A stretch of 64,000 nt of DNA, taken from the NCBI GenBank assembly GCA_038496445.1, contig JALMLS010000143.1:186001-250000 (forward strand). The letters run 5' to 3'. The number at the start of each line of letters is the position of its first letter. Position 1 is the first letter of the stretch. This DNA comes from Trichosphaerium sp. ATCC 40318. Taxonomy: Eukaryota > Protista > Tubulinea. The translations under genes were made by a program, and so were the position numbers. A model generated the notes under the pieces. That model saw nothing but the letters and a program-made list of their open reading frames with translations, did no database searches and was not told where the DNA came from. Shown here in pieces: positions 63,923 through 64,000 of the stretch.

Positions 63923-64000
63923 AACAGGTTTGGCAGCTCTTATCAGTTCTGTTAGTTCTCGCAACAGCTTTGACAAATGTTGGCAAATGAGATTAAAACC

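Noticed and set aside
1-64000. Alternative genetic code to explain fragmented ORFs
   Set aside because: Frames are restored by ordinary GT-AG introns; long ORFs use TGG for Trp and genes end in TAA, TAG or TGA.

Overview
This is AT-rich (about 35% GC by eye), gene-dense eukaryotic nuclear DNA in the standard genetic code. It has many short introns (mostly about 35-100 nt; donor mostly GTACG(T/C), branch YTRAC, acceptor YAG/AAG), so the supplied ORF track shows only exon fragments. The gene content (hybrid His kinase, Zn2Cys6 factor, TSC2, plant-type LRR receptor-like protein) suggests a free-living amoeboid protist; this is an inference. Manual splicing gives about 25 genes: an ankyrin-PARP truncated by the left edge, a GST, a P-loop-degenerate ATPase-like protein, a ricin-B lectin, a Spec3/stum protein, an LRR receptor-like protein with one repeat per exon, a LYR protein, three F-box-like/MORN proteins, two intronless F-box/LRR proteins plus a decayed LRR remnant, a WD40 protein with a BC-box-like tail, a hybrid His kinase, a W-rich repeat protein, an orphan probably mitochondrial protein, TSC2, a Zn2Cys6 factor, a beta-carbonic anhydrase with an extra domain, a secreted Cys protein, an F-box/NHL protein, an Eis-like acetyltransferase and long-form RNase Z. 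The most notable signals are: (1) about seven candidate cullin-RING substrate adaptors, including LRR arrays with a fixed framework and hypervariable surface positions; (2) about 10-fold excess of CACGTG, much of it in introns; (3) a pre-miRNA-like hairpin and an aberrant tRNA-Asn-like element in a 3 kb non-coding gap. All gene models were spliced by eye, so boundaries are approximate.
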